Shown here: piece by piece, positions 1 to 11,773 of the stretch | Numbering within the stretch: position 1 is the stretch's first letter | Layout: each line of letters begins with the position of its first letter | DNA from: Lytechinus pictus | Lineage: Eukaryota | Direction: 5' to 3' | Length of the DNA: 64,000 bases | Assembly: GCF_037042905.1 (NCBI RefSeq) | Contig: NC_087252.1 | Span: 27,468,001-27,532,000 of the forward strand | Program-made: the position numbers and the translations under genes | The notes under the pieces: model-generated | Database searches by the model: none | What the model saw: the letters and a program-made list of their open reading frames with translations, nothing else | What the model was told of the DNA's origin: nothing

Positions 1-706
1 AGCGCTTTATAAAAATTAGCTATTATTATTATTATTAGTCTCCATACTTTGCAACAGAGGGCGGTGGGTTTCAATTCCAGCCATGGCTAATATCCTTCAG
101 CAATAAATTGATCCACAGTTTGCTGCACTCAACGCAGGTGAGGTGAATGTACCATTTCTAGATAGATGGCACGATTTAAATACCTATTATTACAATATTA
201 AATAATATCAAATAATATCAAAAGAAAGAGCATTAATAGATTAGATTATTTTATTTCAACATACACCTTAACAACGGTGGCACTCACACATTCACAGAGT
301 ATATGGTGCGTTCATAGCAATAAAAACCATACAACATGCACTACAACATAAAAGGGCAGTAAAAGAAAAAAAAATCTTTTTTAAAAGAAAATTTAGGAAT
401 ATTGGACAGCTACTTTGATAAAATAATCTACTGTGCAAAACAAAATAAATTGTACATTTCAAGTAATATTATTACGAAGATCATTATCAGGTGGAAATTT
501 CTAAGCAGTTTTACCGATATAATGTAAGTGTTATCAACTACAAAGAGCAATTGGCATAGACTACCCTAGCATACATTAAAGGAAATAAGAGATCTACAAA
601 CTTGCTTTAAGAGGTAAAAGTTTCTAAATATAAATCTCAATGATTAAATCTCTCTTTGAATAAACAATAGCTTCCGTCATGGAAACTAGAAAAAGTTTCA
701 GCTTAC

Positions 707-787
707 CCTAAGTCGAATGAGAGGGAGGTCTGGCTGCTTTCTATTCCCTGTGTGCTCGTCGGCTGCTTTTTGTATCAAGGATTCAAC
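707..787 (-). CDS. MRE11: MRE11 exon (VESLIQKAADEHTGNRKQPDLPLIRLR); the gene continues beyond the window start
   Basis: Manual translation gives the conserved PLIRLR; atgcag acceptor and AGG|gtaagc donor; 81 nt, phase 0. Confidence 0.95.
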
Positions 788-861
788 CTGCATAGAAAAC
801 AGCAATAGACCTGTAATGAGAACTTGATTTTATTGTGACATGGCATTAGCTCCTGTCTTAA

Positions 862-1464
862 AGGACAAGTCCACCCCATCAAAAAGTTGATTTGAACAAA
901 TAGAGAAAAATCCAAGAAGCATAACACTGAAAATGTCATCAAAATCGGATGTAAAATAGGAAAGTTATGACATTTTAAAGTTTTGCTAAATTTCACAAAA
1001 CAGTTATATGCACATCCTGGTCGGTATGCAAATGAGGGGACTGATGACGTCACTCACTCACTATTTCTTTTTTATTCTATTATATGATATATAAAATATT
1101 TTAATTTTCTCCTCATTGGAAGGTGAAACAAGTTTTCTTCCTCCATGTACATGGGGAATAACAATTGTTCTAACATTTAATGGTTCAGTAAAGCTGGTCA
1201 TTATTGTCAAATCTGTAAAAATGGAAATATTGTATAATTCAAACAATAAAAAACAAAAGAATTAGTGAGTGAGGGACATCATCGACTCTCTCATTTGCGT
1301 GTTGCCGAGTTGTGCATATAACTGTTTTGTGAAAAATAAGCGTAACTTTAAAATGTCATAACTTTCTTACTTTACATCCGATTTTGATGAAATTTTCAAT
1401 GTTATTCTTGTTTCATTTTTCTCTATTGATTAAAATCAACATTTTTCTGGGGTGGACTTGACCT
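862..1464. mobile_element. TTAA-flanked MITE family A (Kolobok-like, AGG...CCT ends)
   Basis: Long TIR aggacaagtccacccc/ggggtggacttgacct; related copies at 2672-3265, 29288-29868 and 62669-62930 (partial). Confidence 0.85.
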
Positions 1465-1468
1465 TTAA

Positions 1469-1863
1469 AGAGAAATTCCAGTAGTTGCAGTAAACACTGA
1501 TTTCATGAGAGAGTCTGTAAAACCAGGCTTAATTGTCAGTATATCATCGAGGATCTAGATCTGGTCCAGTTACATAAACCGAACTTTGTGAAATCTTGAA
1601 ATCTACGCTGAAAAATGTTCAGACTGAACTTCCCCAACACAGATAAGCGCACGTGGGACAGTGTATAATTATTGCTTTGAGCGTCGGGCCCGACGCTCTA
1701 CCCGAATCCTGTGCTTATTTGCTGATTTCTCAGCAATTACACAATTTCTTCCAGAATCCTTTGGCACATGCGTTTTATTTATACAAACAGACACTTTGGT
1801 GGTCATTTCATTGGATTCTGTACGAACTCATTTTGATATCGTTACCAAAACTAGCATTTACCT
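1469..1863. mobile_element. TTAA-flanked element family B
   Basis: Near-identical copy at 58508-58902; both are bounded by TTAA. Confidence 0.85.
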
Positions 1864-1867
1864 TTAA

Positions 1868-2667
1868 CCCTTATTAATCTGGGGGGGGGGGGTCAATTTG
1901 ACCCCCCCCCCCCCTCGACAAATTTTGTCACTCCGCCGTCACGCCAAATGTTTTTACCGCACCGCTCGCTGACTTTTTACTTTCAAGTCTTGCCCATCTT
2001 TTGAGACCAAATTTGCGACGCCCGGGTACGTGGTTCCGAAATTACGCAACATTTTGTAAGTGCATGTCAGACCCGAAATTGCTCAAAAACCTGATTCCGT
2101 GTACAAAGTCAATGCAAATTGTGTTTTTCAAGCAAAAATCATAAATGTATGATTATTTTCACTTTTGTTGGTTTTAATGGATTTATTTTATGCTATTTAT
2201 GATCGCAAAAGGGTCCCTAACAAAGTTCATTGGAAAAAACAATAAAAAACAAAGGTTTGAAAAAACAAAGAAATACATATAAGAATTAAAAACAATAAAA
2301 TACATAAGAAATTAAACATATTTTTACAATTTTTTTGTAGATATTTGTTAGAAATGTAATAATTGATACTCCCACCAAAAATTAGCATTCTTCTAGCTAT
2401 ATAAATTGAGTTAAAGGCAAAAACATACACAAAAAAACAAATTTAGGGCAAATTTCATACGCTTATTTGCATAATTGATTAATAAAAAAATATAAACAAT
2501 TAATATTTTGAATATTTTTCTATATAGTCTTGTAGTTTACATCCGGCTCTACACGTGTGCAAATTTTCGCGGCAATCGCGCAATCAGCGGCCGAGATCTG
2601 AGGGGGGGGGGGGTCAAATTGACCCCCCCAGTATATACTGGTCCGAAATAGCCCAAGTAAGATAGGG
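1868..2667. mobile_element. piggyBac-like MITE (TTAA-CCCT...AGGG-TTAA)
   Basis: CCCT/AGGG termini, TTAA TSD, Gn-tcaatttga-Cn subterminal palindromes; related to 28510-29276 in the opposite orientation. Confidence 0.82.
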
Positions 2668-2671
2668 TTAA

Positions 2672-3265
2672 AGGTCAAGTCCACCTCAGAAAAATGTTGA
2701 TTTAATTAATATAGAAAAATCAGACAAGCATTATGCTGAAAATTTCATCAAAATCGGATGTAAAATAAGAAATTTATGATATCTTAAAGTTTTGCTTATT
2801 TTTCACAGAATAGTTATGCACAATTTAGTCACATGCAAATGAGAGAATCGATGGTGTCCCCCACTCACTAATTATTTTGTTTTTTATTGTTTGAATTATA
2901 CAACATTTCAATTTTTATAGATTTGACAGTAAGGACCAACTTGACTGAAACACAAGATGTTAAATAATTGTAATTCCACATGTTCAGGGATAAATAAAAA
3001 TTTGTTTCATAGGACAATGAGGAAATTATTATTTTATATAATAAAATACAAAAGAAATAGTGAGTGAGTGATGTCATCAGTTCCCTCATTTGCATACTGA
3101 CCCGGATGTGCATATAACTATTTTGTAAAATTAAGCGAACTTTATTAAAACTGTCATAACTTTGTTATTTTACATCCGATTTTGATGAAATTTTCAGTGT
3201 TATGATTGTTGGATTTTTTTCTTCTTTTTATTCAAACCAACTTGTTGTTGGGGTGGACTTGTCCT
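2672..3265. mobile_element. MITE family A copy
   Basis: Same TIRs as 862-1464; TTAA on both sides. Confidence 0.85.
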
Positions 3266-3932
3266 TTAATATCTCAGAGGGCACAGGTTTAGAGTTAGGA
3301 TTGTAATAGAGTTTTTGGTTCTGAATAATGCAAAGATAAGAATTACAGTAGGATTTATTTCGTTTTGGAGGTTAGGTTTTATGTTTGACTTAACATGCAG
3401 ATTTTCAATCGGAGCAAATGTCATGGAACCGGTTGTATTACCCCACAGACAAACTTAGTTTGATTGGTTGTCGAACATGTAAAATCATCATAATCATAAT
3501 CTATTTTTATTTTGTAGGGATCCTCTTTATCATCACATCCATACAAATGTATTGTACAACGCCTACTTAGCTTGTTGTATGCGAGCAAATGGGAGGCTGA
3601 ATGTCAAACATTCGTACCGTTGCACACACGACGTACCATCCAAAATGTACCGTTGCACGGACTTAGGTGACATTACAATGCGATTCAATTCATTGCACTC
3701 AGAAAAAAATGAAGATGAAATAAGCGTATAGCCTGCTGGCTAAATGCGCAATGCTGCCCTAGGTCATGTGCGCTTGTGGGATTTGGCTTTTCGCTTTCAA
3801 CATTTTTGCTCCCTTTTCACAGATTACTTCAGGGAAAAACTCTTGTTTTTTCATATTTTCGCTAGATTCCGTGGCATTGTACAACACAAATAGCGAATAT
3901 TCTTATTCCTGCAATGGTGTGAGATTTCGCAT

Positions 3933-4998
3933 CAGGGTTGTTGATTTTTTTTTTTTTTTTTTTTAAATAAAAAAAATCTGATTTTTTTAATTTAAATCGG
4001 ATTTTTATGATTTAAATCAGATTTTTTATATTTTTTTCCAACGAAAAATAATGGTCACACTTAACAAGTTTTAAACTATATTTAAACTGTTTTACACCAA
4101 TAATAGTGGTCAAGTAGTCTTTTGAACATTGTGTATTGTACTATTTGACACAATAATCCACTTATATACAAGTAATTTTTTTTTATTTATTTGCATTATA
4201 GAGAGGGACATTTTATGGAAGCCCAAGTAATGTTATTTATTATGTATACATTTAAACTCTTGAAATTTTTATATCAGTCAGTCCAAAACATCCGAAGTGT
4301 TACTCCAATGCATGAAGTACTCAAAGAACTTGAGAATTTCCAACAAAATTGACATTATTAAAGGCCTGTTCCTATACTGCCCTTGGGAATTCTAGCTGGG
4401 AATATTTCCTAGAATTATCACATGGGGGATTTTAGCTAGGAATATTTCCTAGAACTATCACATGGGGGACTTCCCAACTGACAGCTGGTAATAGCTAATA
4501 AACAAAGGGTTTTGCAACTTAAGTAATTGAAAGAATGGGTATTAATAGTAACAAGAAGGAGGTACATACAAGTAGTTCAGCTGTTTTGTAAAAGTATCCA
4601 AGTTGTGGACTTCATTGAGCACCTTTGTAGATTTTATATATTATTTTATTGAAGATTTAACAGTTTGGTGTACATACAGAGAGTTATTTATCATTACTTC
4701 GTTAGAAACTTGTTGTTTTCATCAGTTTTGCTTGTTTTACAATTTGAAAATAAAACAGTGGTGTTAAATCAGACTCCATGAGGGTGTATCATTCTTTTAA
4801 AGTATCTCTAAAGCATGTGGAACAGAAATGAAAATGATTACATTGAAAGTATCTGTTAAGAAGAAGAGAAAATAGAGAAAACTAATTTTTTTCATAAAAG
4901 TTGATTTAAATCAGTGATTTTTTTGAAAAAAATCAAGTGATTTAAATCGCGATTTAAATCATGATTTAAATCGACATGATTTAAATCAAACAACCCTG
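3933..4998. mobile_element. hAT-like MITE nested in a short palindromic element (about 3885-5084)
   Basis: TIR CAGGGTTGTT/AACAACCCTG; 8-bp TSD tttcgcat/ttttgcat with one mismatch; gatttaaatc subterminal repeats. Confidence 0.8.
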
Positions 4999-5863
4999 TT
5001 TTGCATTCAGTGAAAGAAAGAAACGCATCTTTTTACCTCGTGCGAAATCTCGCACCATCGCACTCATGCCTATTCGCTATTTGTAGACTGTTTAATATAT
5101 TTCCTAAATTAAACTACAAACTAAAATGTGAATGTATGATATTGTCTAAACTCTGGTCTGCATTTCCAATGATCATTTTTATCATGCAATGCCATCTATG
5201 ATAAGCCTATGGGCTATGGTCGACGTTGGAAAAATTTCAAACTTTTTGGAGGCCGCTAAAAGTACGATATCTGCACAGAGCTTGCCTCTCTTAGAAGATT
5301 GTACAATATGACAATGCCGTCCACTGACAAAAGGAACTCTAGGCTCTGATTTTTTTTTCAATTTTTTTCTTCTTCACTTAAGATATTCTGTATGCCATCC
5401 ATGATGCTAAATTAATTGGAGATGCATAGCCCAAAATTTCTGATAGACTTTTCAAAAGCAGGTATTTGTAAATATTTTCCCATAAAACAATGAAACATTT
5501 CCCTTTTTACCAAAAAAACTCATTCCACTGAGTTGCTTCCTTTTGTCAGTGGAAGGCATACAATGGCCCATATTATCAAATGAGGTTTCAATTGCACTAT
5601 GGTTCAAAACCATTGTTTATGCAGATTTGTGAACAAAATTACGCTTATTTCTGTTTCATTCTGTACACTAAGAAAAGTCCAAATGTAAATGCACTCTTGT
5701 GGCAAAGGGCGCCTAATTGAAGCACGATTATAGGTGAAATCTGCGTAACCATGGTTTTATACCATGGTATAATTGAAACCTTTTTCAAGAATAAAAGTTT
5801 TTACAGGCTGCATAGGGGCACTGCAGACAAAAAAAACCAAGGCATTACATCTGCCACCATTAC

Positions 5864-6029
5864 CTTTTCAGTGCAGAATGCGATTGTTTTCTCTGAGATC
5901 TTGACGTCGTTTGGATCGAGTGTGGTATCCTGGAGGGTGATATCCTCTAGATAGAATGGCCTGACGGTCTCAAGCTTGAGCTTAGTGCATTTCATGGCCT
6001 TACCACGAACCTGCAACAGACCTACGTGT
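5864..6029 (-). CDS. MRE11: MRE11 exon, capping domain (HVGLLQVRGKAMKCTKLKLETVRPFYLEDI...AFCTEK)
   Basis: K-HVGLL and TVRPF match Mre11; aag acceptor and AAG|gtaatg donor; phase fits the 21144 exon across a 15.1-kb intron. Confidence 0.95.
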
Positions 6030-9000
6030 CTTTGGGTTGAAAGGTAGAGAACGCAAGAGAAATAGAATGTAATATATCCATGACGCAACAAGGACAATAC
6101 ATCGCATTTCATGACCCACATATCTATCGGTAGAAAAATATAGTGTGTGATAAATAAATAGGAAACAAAATATAATACACTGGAACTACGTAAATACAGA
6201 TTTGTATGTATTCCTGATATAACACAGTGATATTGTCCAAACAAAGGAGTTGAAAAAGAAAAGCTTGATACATTTCATGGCCTTACTATGAACATGCATC
6301 AGGCCTACAATGTACAAGTCTTTGGGTTTAAAGGCAGGGAGAGTTATCAAAAAAGGGAAATATTATACAGATATTGCCTACCTAGAGTTTGAATATAACA
6401 TTTACTCTCCCCGACAGAGTTATATTTTTCCCAAGGGATTATATTTTGCCCGAAGCGCGCAGCGCTGAGGGAAAATATTCTCCCAAGGGAAAAGTATAGC
6501 TTCAGAGGTGAGTTGAAATGTTATTTATTAAAACGATCTACGTCATAATAGAAATTTCTTTTTAAAATACATCAAGCACGTTCTTTATGCAATCGACGCG
6601 TGAACACTAGCGCGTACATCAAATAAATTACCTGATTATCACAGTGAGCCACTGCAGTTTTTTCGCCCTTTTTTCGCCGTTTTGTGTGTTATAACCTATG
6701 GGAAATTCAAAGTTGCAGTTTTTTCGCCGTTTTGAAAACGGCTAGAAAAGGGCGAAGAAAGGGAGAATTTTTGGAGAAAAAACGGCCAAAAAACGGCTAC
6801 ATTAGGTTTCTTACGTAAATCTTGAATTGTTATGGAGTGCCATGATTGTTTAATATTAGCGGAGCTATTGATTTCCCCATGAAAACGGCGAGAAAACGGC
6901 GAATGTTAAGGACGAGGATCCTGTTAGAGGAGTGAAGATACTGAAAGAAAACGGCTAATAAACGGAGAGAAAAGGGCGAGAAAACGGAGACAAAAGGGCG
7001 AATGTGTAGTAAGGCTCGCGTTGCATAAAACGGAGAGAAAAGGGCGAGAAAACGGAGACAAAAGGGCGAATGGGTAGAAGGCGTGCAGTGCATAAACGGA
7101 GAGAAAATTGTGAATGGGTCCCAAGGAGTGCATTGCATGAAAGGGAGAGAAAGTGGCGGGACAACGGAGAGAAAAGGGCAGATGAGTAGTAAGAGGTGAG
7201 AGCATGAAACAGAAAAAAAAGGTTAGAAAAAAAAAGGGCGAATGGGTAGTACGAAGTGCATTGCATAAAATGGCAAAAAGATATGTGAAAATGTGTGATA
7301 TGCATTGAGAAAAAGTGACTAGAAAACGTAAAATATATATTTGCAATTTTTCTGCCAACTTAAGATTTTCTGAAGAACTCCTTTTGGAAATAAGCTCTAG
7401 TTTTCATGGGTAATATTTAATAATAATTCTCATTTCATTCATGTAAACAATTTTTTATTTTACTTTCGGGGGGGGGGGGGTTACGCCTTCTTTCATAAAT
7501 CTTATTTACATATTGTATAGGCCTACTACATTAATTGTTTTATTTCAACATTTTTTATATTTCATGTGGAATTTGATAAAATGTCAGTCAGATGAAAATA
7601 AAATTTTATAGAATTGGATTGAAACTTCTTTGAATACTTTATTCTTTACTCTTATTTTCCCTTCTTCATGGGCGGGAACCCGAGGGGGACGTGTCCCTCA
7701 CTTTTTGGAAAGGGGGGGGGCATAATATCAAATCCCCCTCGACTATTTGTGGACTTTTATGATGGAGAACAATAAATCATTCAAAGTCGAATGTAGTTAA
7801 AGAGCTTAAATTTGCCCTATTTACTAAAAGAATGCAAAATTTCTCGCGCCGAATATTGGCACGCAGGTTGTCAGGGAAGTAATCTACAAAATTGTATCGT
7901 AATTTGTTTCATGCAAATCGCTATTAAGTTATTATGCTAATTCATGCGTAATTAGTATGCAAAATCATACTTTTTCCTCTAACTCCCTTTATGAAGCTCA
8001 GAATGTTCTATTTTTTTTTTGGTATAAGAACTCTTTGTCTACATGAACAAAATTGCGATATCAGATCAATTTCTTTTGTCTTATTGTTTTTTGCAATTCC
8101 GTATGTATTTCTTTTGTTTTTTACTTTTTGTTTTTCATTATTTTTTGATTAAATTTGTTTGGGACTCTTCTGACAGAGATGCCAACCGTTACGTTTTTGC
8201 CGTATTTGTTACGTTTTTTCACCCAAAATACGGCGTTACTTTTTTTCTTTGTAAAATACGTTTTCTTAAAATTTCGATCGTGTACAATATGCAGGCCGTC
8301 AATGCCCCTATAACTGGCCGTGATGCCTTTACAAAAAGTGATCAATTCACGGCCAAAAAGGCCGTGCCCTTTTTTTCTACCTGGCCGACGTGCCCTTTTT
8401 CAAAACTGGTCATGCCCTAGCTTCAGTGTAAGATTAAAGTTTACAAAGTTCTCCCATATTTCACAAGCAAAAATACAGAAGAGAGAGAGAAAAAAAAAAA
8501 CAAAGCTAAAAAATAACTCAGATCAATTCAAACTGCAAGCCATTTTCCGTGATTTTCTGGGATCTACACACAGACACACACGCAAAGTTAGCATACAGTG
8601 TACATGTACCAGCTGCCGCACGTGGCTTGGCCTGCCTACCTGTGTGGTGTGTGGCAGGCTTGCATGATCGGAGGAGATTTGCAAACTCTGAATCAAAGTG
8701 AACAATCTCACACGATAAACAGTTTTTCCAACAAAATAATCACAAAATCGGCAGGACATTTTTATAATTACATATACATGTATATGGATCCTCAGATTAA
8801 TGATTTGGTGATGTAGTCGTAGGAGCAAGTTATCGAGTTTTCATTACTAGATCGATCTAGTTGTTTCAGCTTTTGTTTGAGTGAAAATGAGTCTTCTCGT
8901 GTTCGCACTGATAACAAGAAGACAAGACAATGGGAATAGAGATGGTGTGATGCCCCGATGTTCATTTTATTAAAGTTTGACAATGTTTCACCTTCAAATT

Positions 9001-10501
9001 TTATTTGTTTCTAAAACATTTTAGTTTTCTAACAATTTTTAAATATATTATAAAAAAGACAAATATCAGTAAGATTTTTTTGTTAGATGATTACATTTGT
9101 TTTGTTTGCTTGAAGCTTAAATTTTTTTTCCTCTTTAATTCTTTCTTCATTTCTTTCTTTATTGCTTTCTTTCGTTCATTTTCTTTCTTTTCTATCTTTT
9201 TTCTTCATCCTTTCCTCTATCCTTCCTGCTTGCTTTTTTTGTTCTATCTTATTTCAAATCTTTCCTAGCTTTCTTTCCTGATCCTTTCTCTCTCTCTGTT
9301 CATTTTTTTTTCTTCCCTTCCTTCCTTTTCTTACTTTCCTTTTATCCTTTCTTCTTTCTTTCCTTATTTTTTTTGGTTCCCTTCCTCTCCTCTTCTCTTT
9401 TCATTCTTTCTGTCATTCCATATTTCTTCCTTTCTTTCATTCTTTTCTTGCTTTCACTCTCGCATGATAATGTGAAAGGCACTTTTCATGTTCCTGATGC
9501 TGCAGTCACATTTCCCCTACCGCGGCGTATGGCGAGTCGAATTAATGTGTAGATGGTACAAAAAAGTCTTAACGGATGTTTTTGACCTGCCGTAAGGGAA
9601 ATGTGACTGGGCCATTGGTCATGTAAGTAGTATCCAACAAACCACTTCAATATACTTTAATTCTTGGGGAGGCATACATCAGCCTCCATGATGTCATGAG
9701 CTGGTTCGATCTCGTTGGTATATTGGTCAAAACTGTGTTTTATAGTGTTAAATACCCCAATGCACTTGAGCTACTTTGTTTTATAGGAAAGATAACTTTT
9801 AAAATGTATAACAGAAGCTTTGGAGTGAATGCCCTAGCTGTTGCGACTTCAATGGGGTCAATTAATCGCACGTTTTGTGAACAATGGAAGGTGTGAAGAT
9901 TGCAGTGAACACCTAACAATAGGAAGAATCTGTTTCAATTTAAGTTACGCAATGATCACTTGTGATCTCTCGTTGTGTTTCTTCAACCCGGATGGAATCC
10001 CCCAAACCACATTGTCCAATCACGGACCTACTACAATAGTCAGCGTTTGTGAAAACGGAATGATAATCGAGGATGATAGTGTATTTGTGATGTAATTAAA
10101 TAATGACTTGGTGATAATGAAGGGGGATAAAGAGGAAGAAGAGGACGAGAATGATGGTGGTGGTAATGATTTTGATGACGGTGATGATGATGACGATAAC
10201 ATCATTATTTTTTTTCTTGATAAACATATTATGTGTGTAAATTTATAAAAAAGGAAGAAATTTTCTTTTTAAGAATTATGATATAAAAAGGACAAAGTCT
10301 TTTTTCCAGACCCGGTTCTGGAAAAAAGACTAGACTTACATTATAATTTCTGAAACAACTGGGTCTGGAAAAAAGACTTTGGACTTATATTATACTTTTT
10401 GAAACAACCGGGTCTGGAAAAAGACTTCGCACTTTTGTGCTTTATCAACGTATTACTATAGATTTTAGTTTAGAACGGATTCGCCTAAAATCCCTTCAAA
10501 T

Positions 10502-10697
10502 TTATTACATTTGTGGGTAAAGTCATTATTACATTTGTGGGCAATCAAAAATTATTACATTTGTGGGTAAAGTGCATTATTACATTTGTGGGTTAAATTA
10601 TTACATTTGTGGGTAAAGTGTTATTACATTTTTGGGCGTTATTACATTTGTGGGTAAAGTTTTATTACATTTGTGAGCGATTATCACATTTGTGGGT
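10502..10697. repeat. Minisatellite, about 9 copies of ttattacatttgtggg
   Basis: Directly visible tandem units of 18-26 bp. Confidence 0.9.
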
Positions 10698-11578
10698 GTA
10701 ACAGGCCCCCCCCCCCCCCATATGTGCATTTCTACCAATAGCCTACATGTATATTAATATTATGTTGTTGTTATTATTTGATGAATAATTTTCATAGAAA
10801 CAACTGGCTCAGAAAACTATTAAACACAGCCTTTCGTGAAAAGCTCCCCTGGTTGTCCCGAGAAGGTGTGTTTATTTGACTCCCTTCCCTCATCCCACCC
10901 TTTCGAGAAAAGCTATCCTGGTTTTCTCGAAAGGGTGCGGCCATTCCCACTTCGCAAACGCAAACGATCGTAACAAGCCCAAGATAAAGAAAATAATACA
11001 GTACAGTATAATTGAATACATTTAGCACATTGCAGCATCTTTCCAAAAGAAAAATGATGAAAAAAAAATCATATTTATGAAGTATCAATTTTCTAAACAT
11101 AACAAAATACGGTGAAAATGAATTAATTATAGATTTTTGTTAATTCTCTTATGACAGCAGAAAACACGTGTTTGGTATACGAACCACAAGTGACAAAAGA
11201 TTTCACACGCGAAGAGGGGCGAAATCGGAAGCTGAGAATTTTTTTTTTCAGATATAGGCCGATTGATTTCAGCCATTTTTAAATTCTTATTTTTAGTAGG
11301 TATTTGTGATTACTTTATGGTGGAATTTTGATGAATTTTAAGAAAAGGTTTGATATGATTGAAAAAACTGAAGATTGTTCGGTATTATCCACTACCATAC
11401 ATTACGGTAGTATGAATGTTATTCCAAGTTGTCTCAAGTACATGCACTCACCCGCTTGTGTGGTACAACATTATTTGCTGATTTGTACTTGTTTAGTCCT
11501 ATTTATTACTAGTTTTATTACTTTTTTTGTGCCTTTCGTCATTTATTAGCAGTTTTGAAGGCTTTTATACCGATGGGG

Positions 11579-11773
11579 GTATTCACCCTTATATTAGCCG
11601 TTTTGTAGCCGTTTTCCACAAGGGAGGTATTCGCCCTTTATTAGCCGTTTTGTAGCCGTTTTCCACAATAAGGCATTCGCCATTTATTAGCCGTTTTGTA
11701 GCCGTTTCCCACAATGGAGGTATTCGCCCTTTATTAGCTGTTTTGTAGCCGTTTTCTCGAAGGGAGGTATTCA
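11579..11773. repeat. Subterminal tandem repeat (about 46-48 bp, 4 copies) of the CMC-like element
   Basis: tattagccgttttgtagccgttttcc...ggtattc repeated. Confidence 0.88.

Noticed and set aside
6640..6690. ProtoRAG/Transib transposon suggested by CACAGTG ends
   Set aside because: TSD is 3 bp rather than 5, there is no nonamer-like motif at 12/23 spacing, and no RAG-like ORF.
6830..7358. 100-144 aa ORFs on the minus strand
   Set aside because: Translations of transposon subterminal repeats.
10502..10697. CRISPR-like array
   Set aside because: Intervening sequences are only a few nt and not unique; eukaryotic minisatellite with no cas genes.
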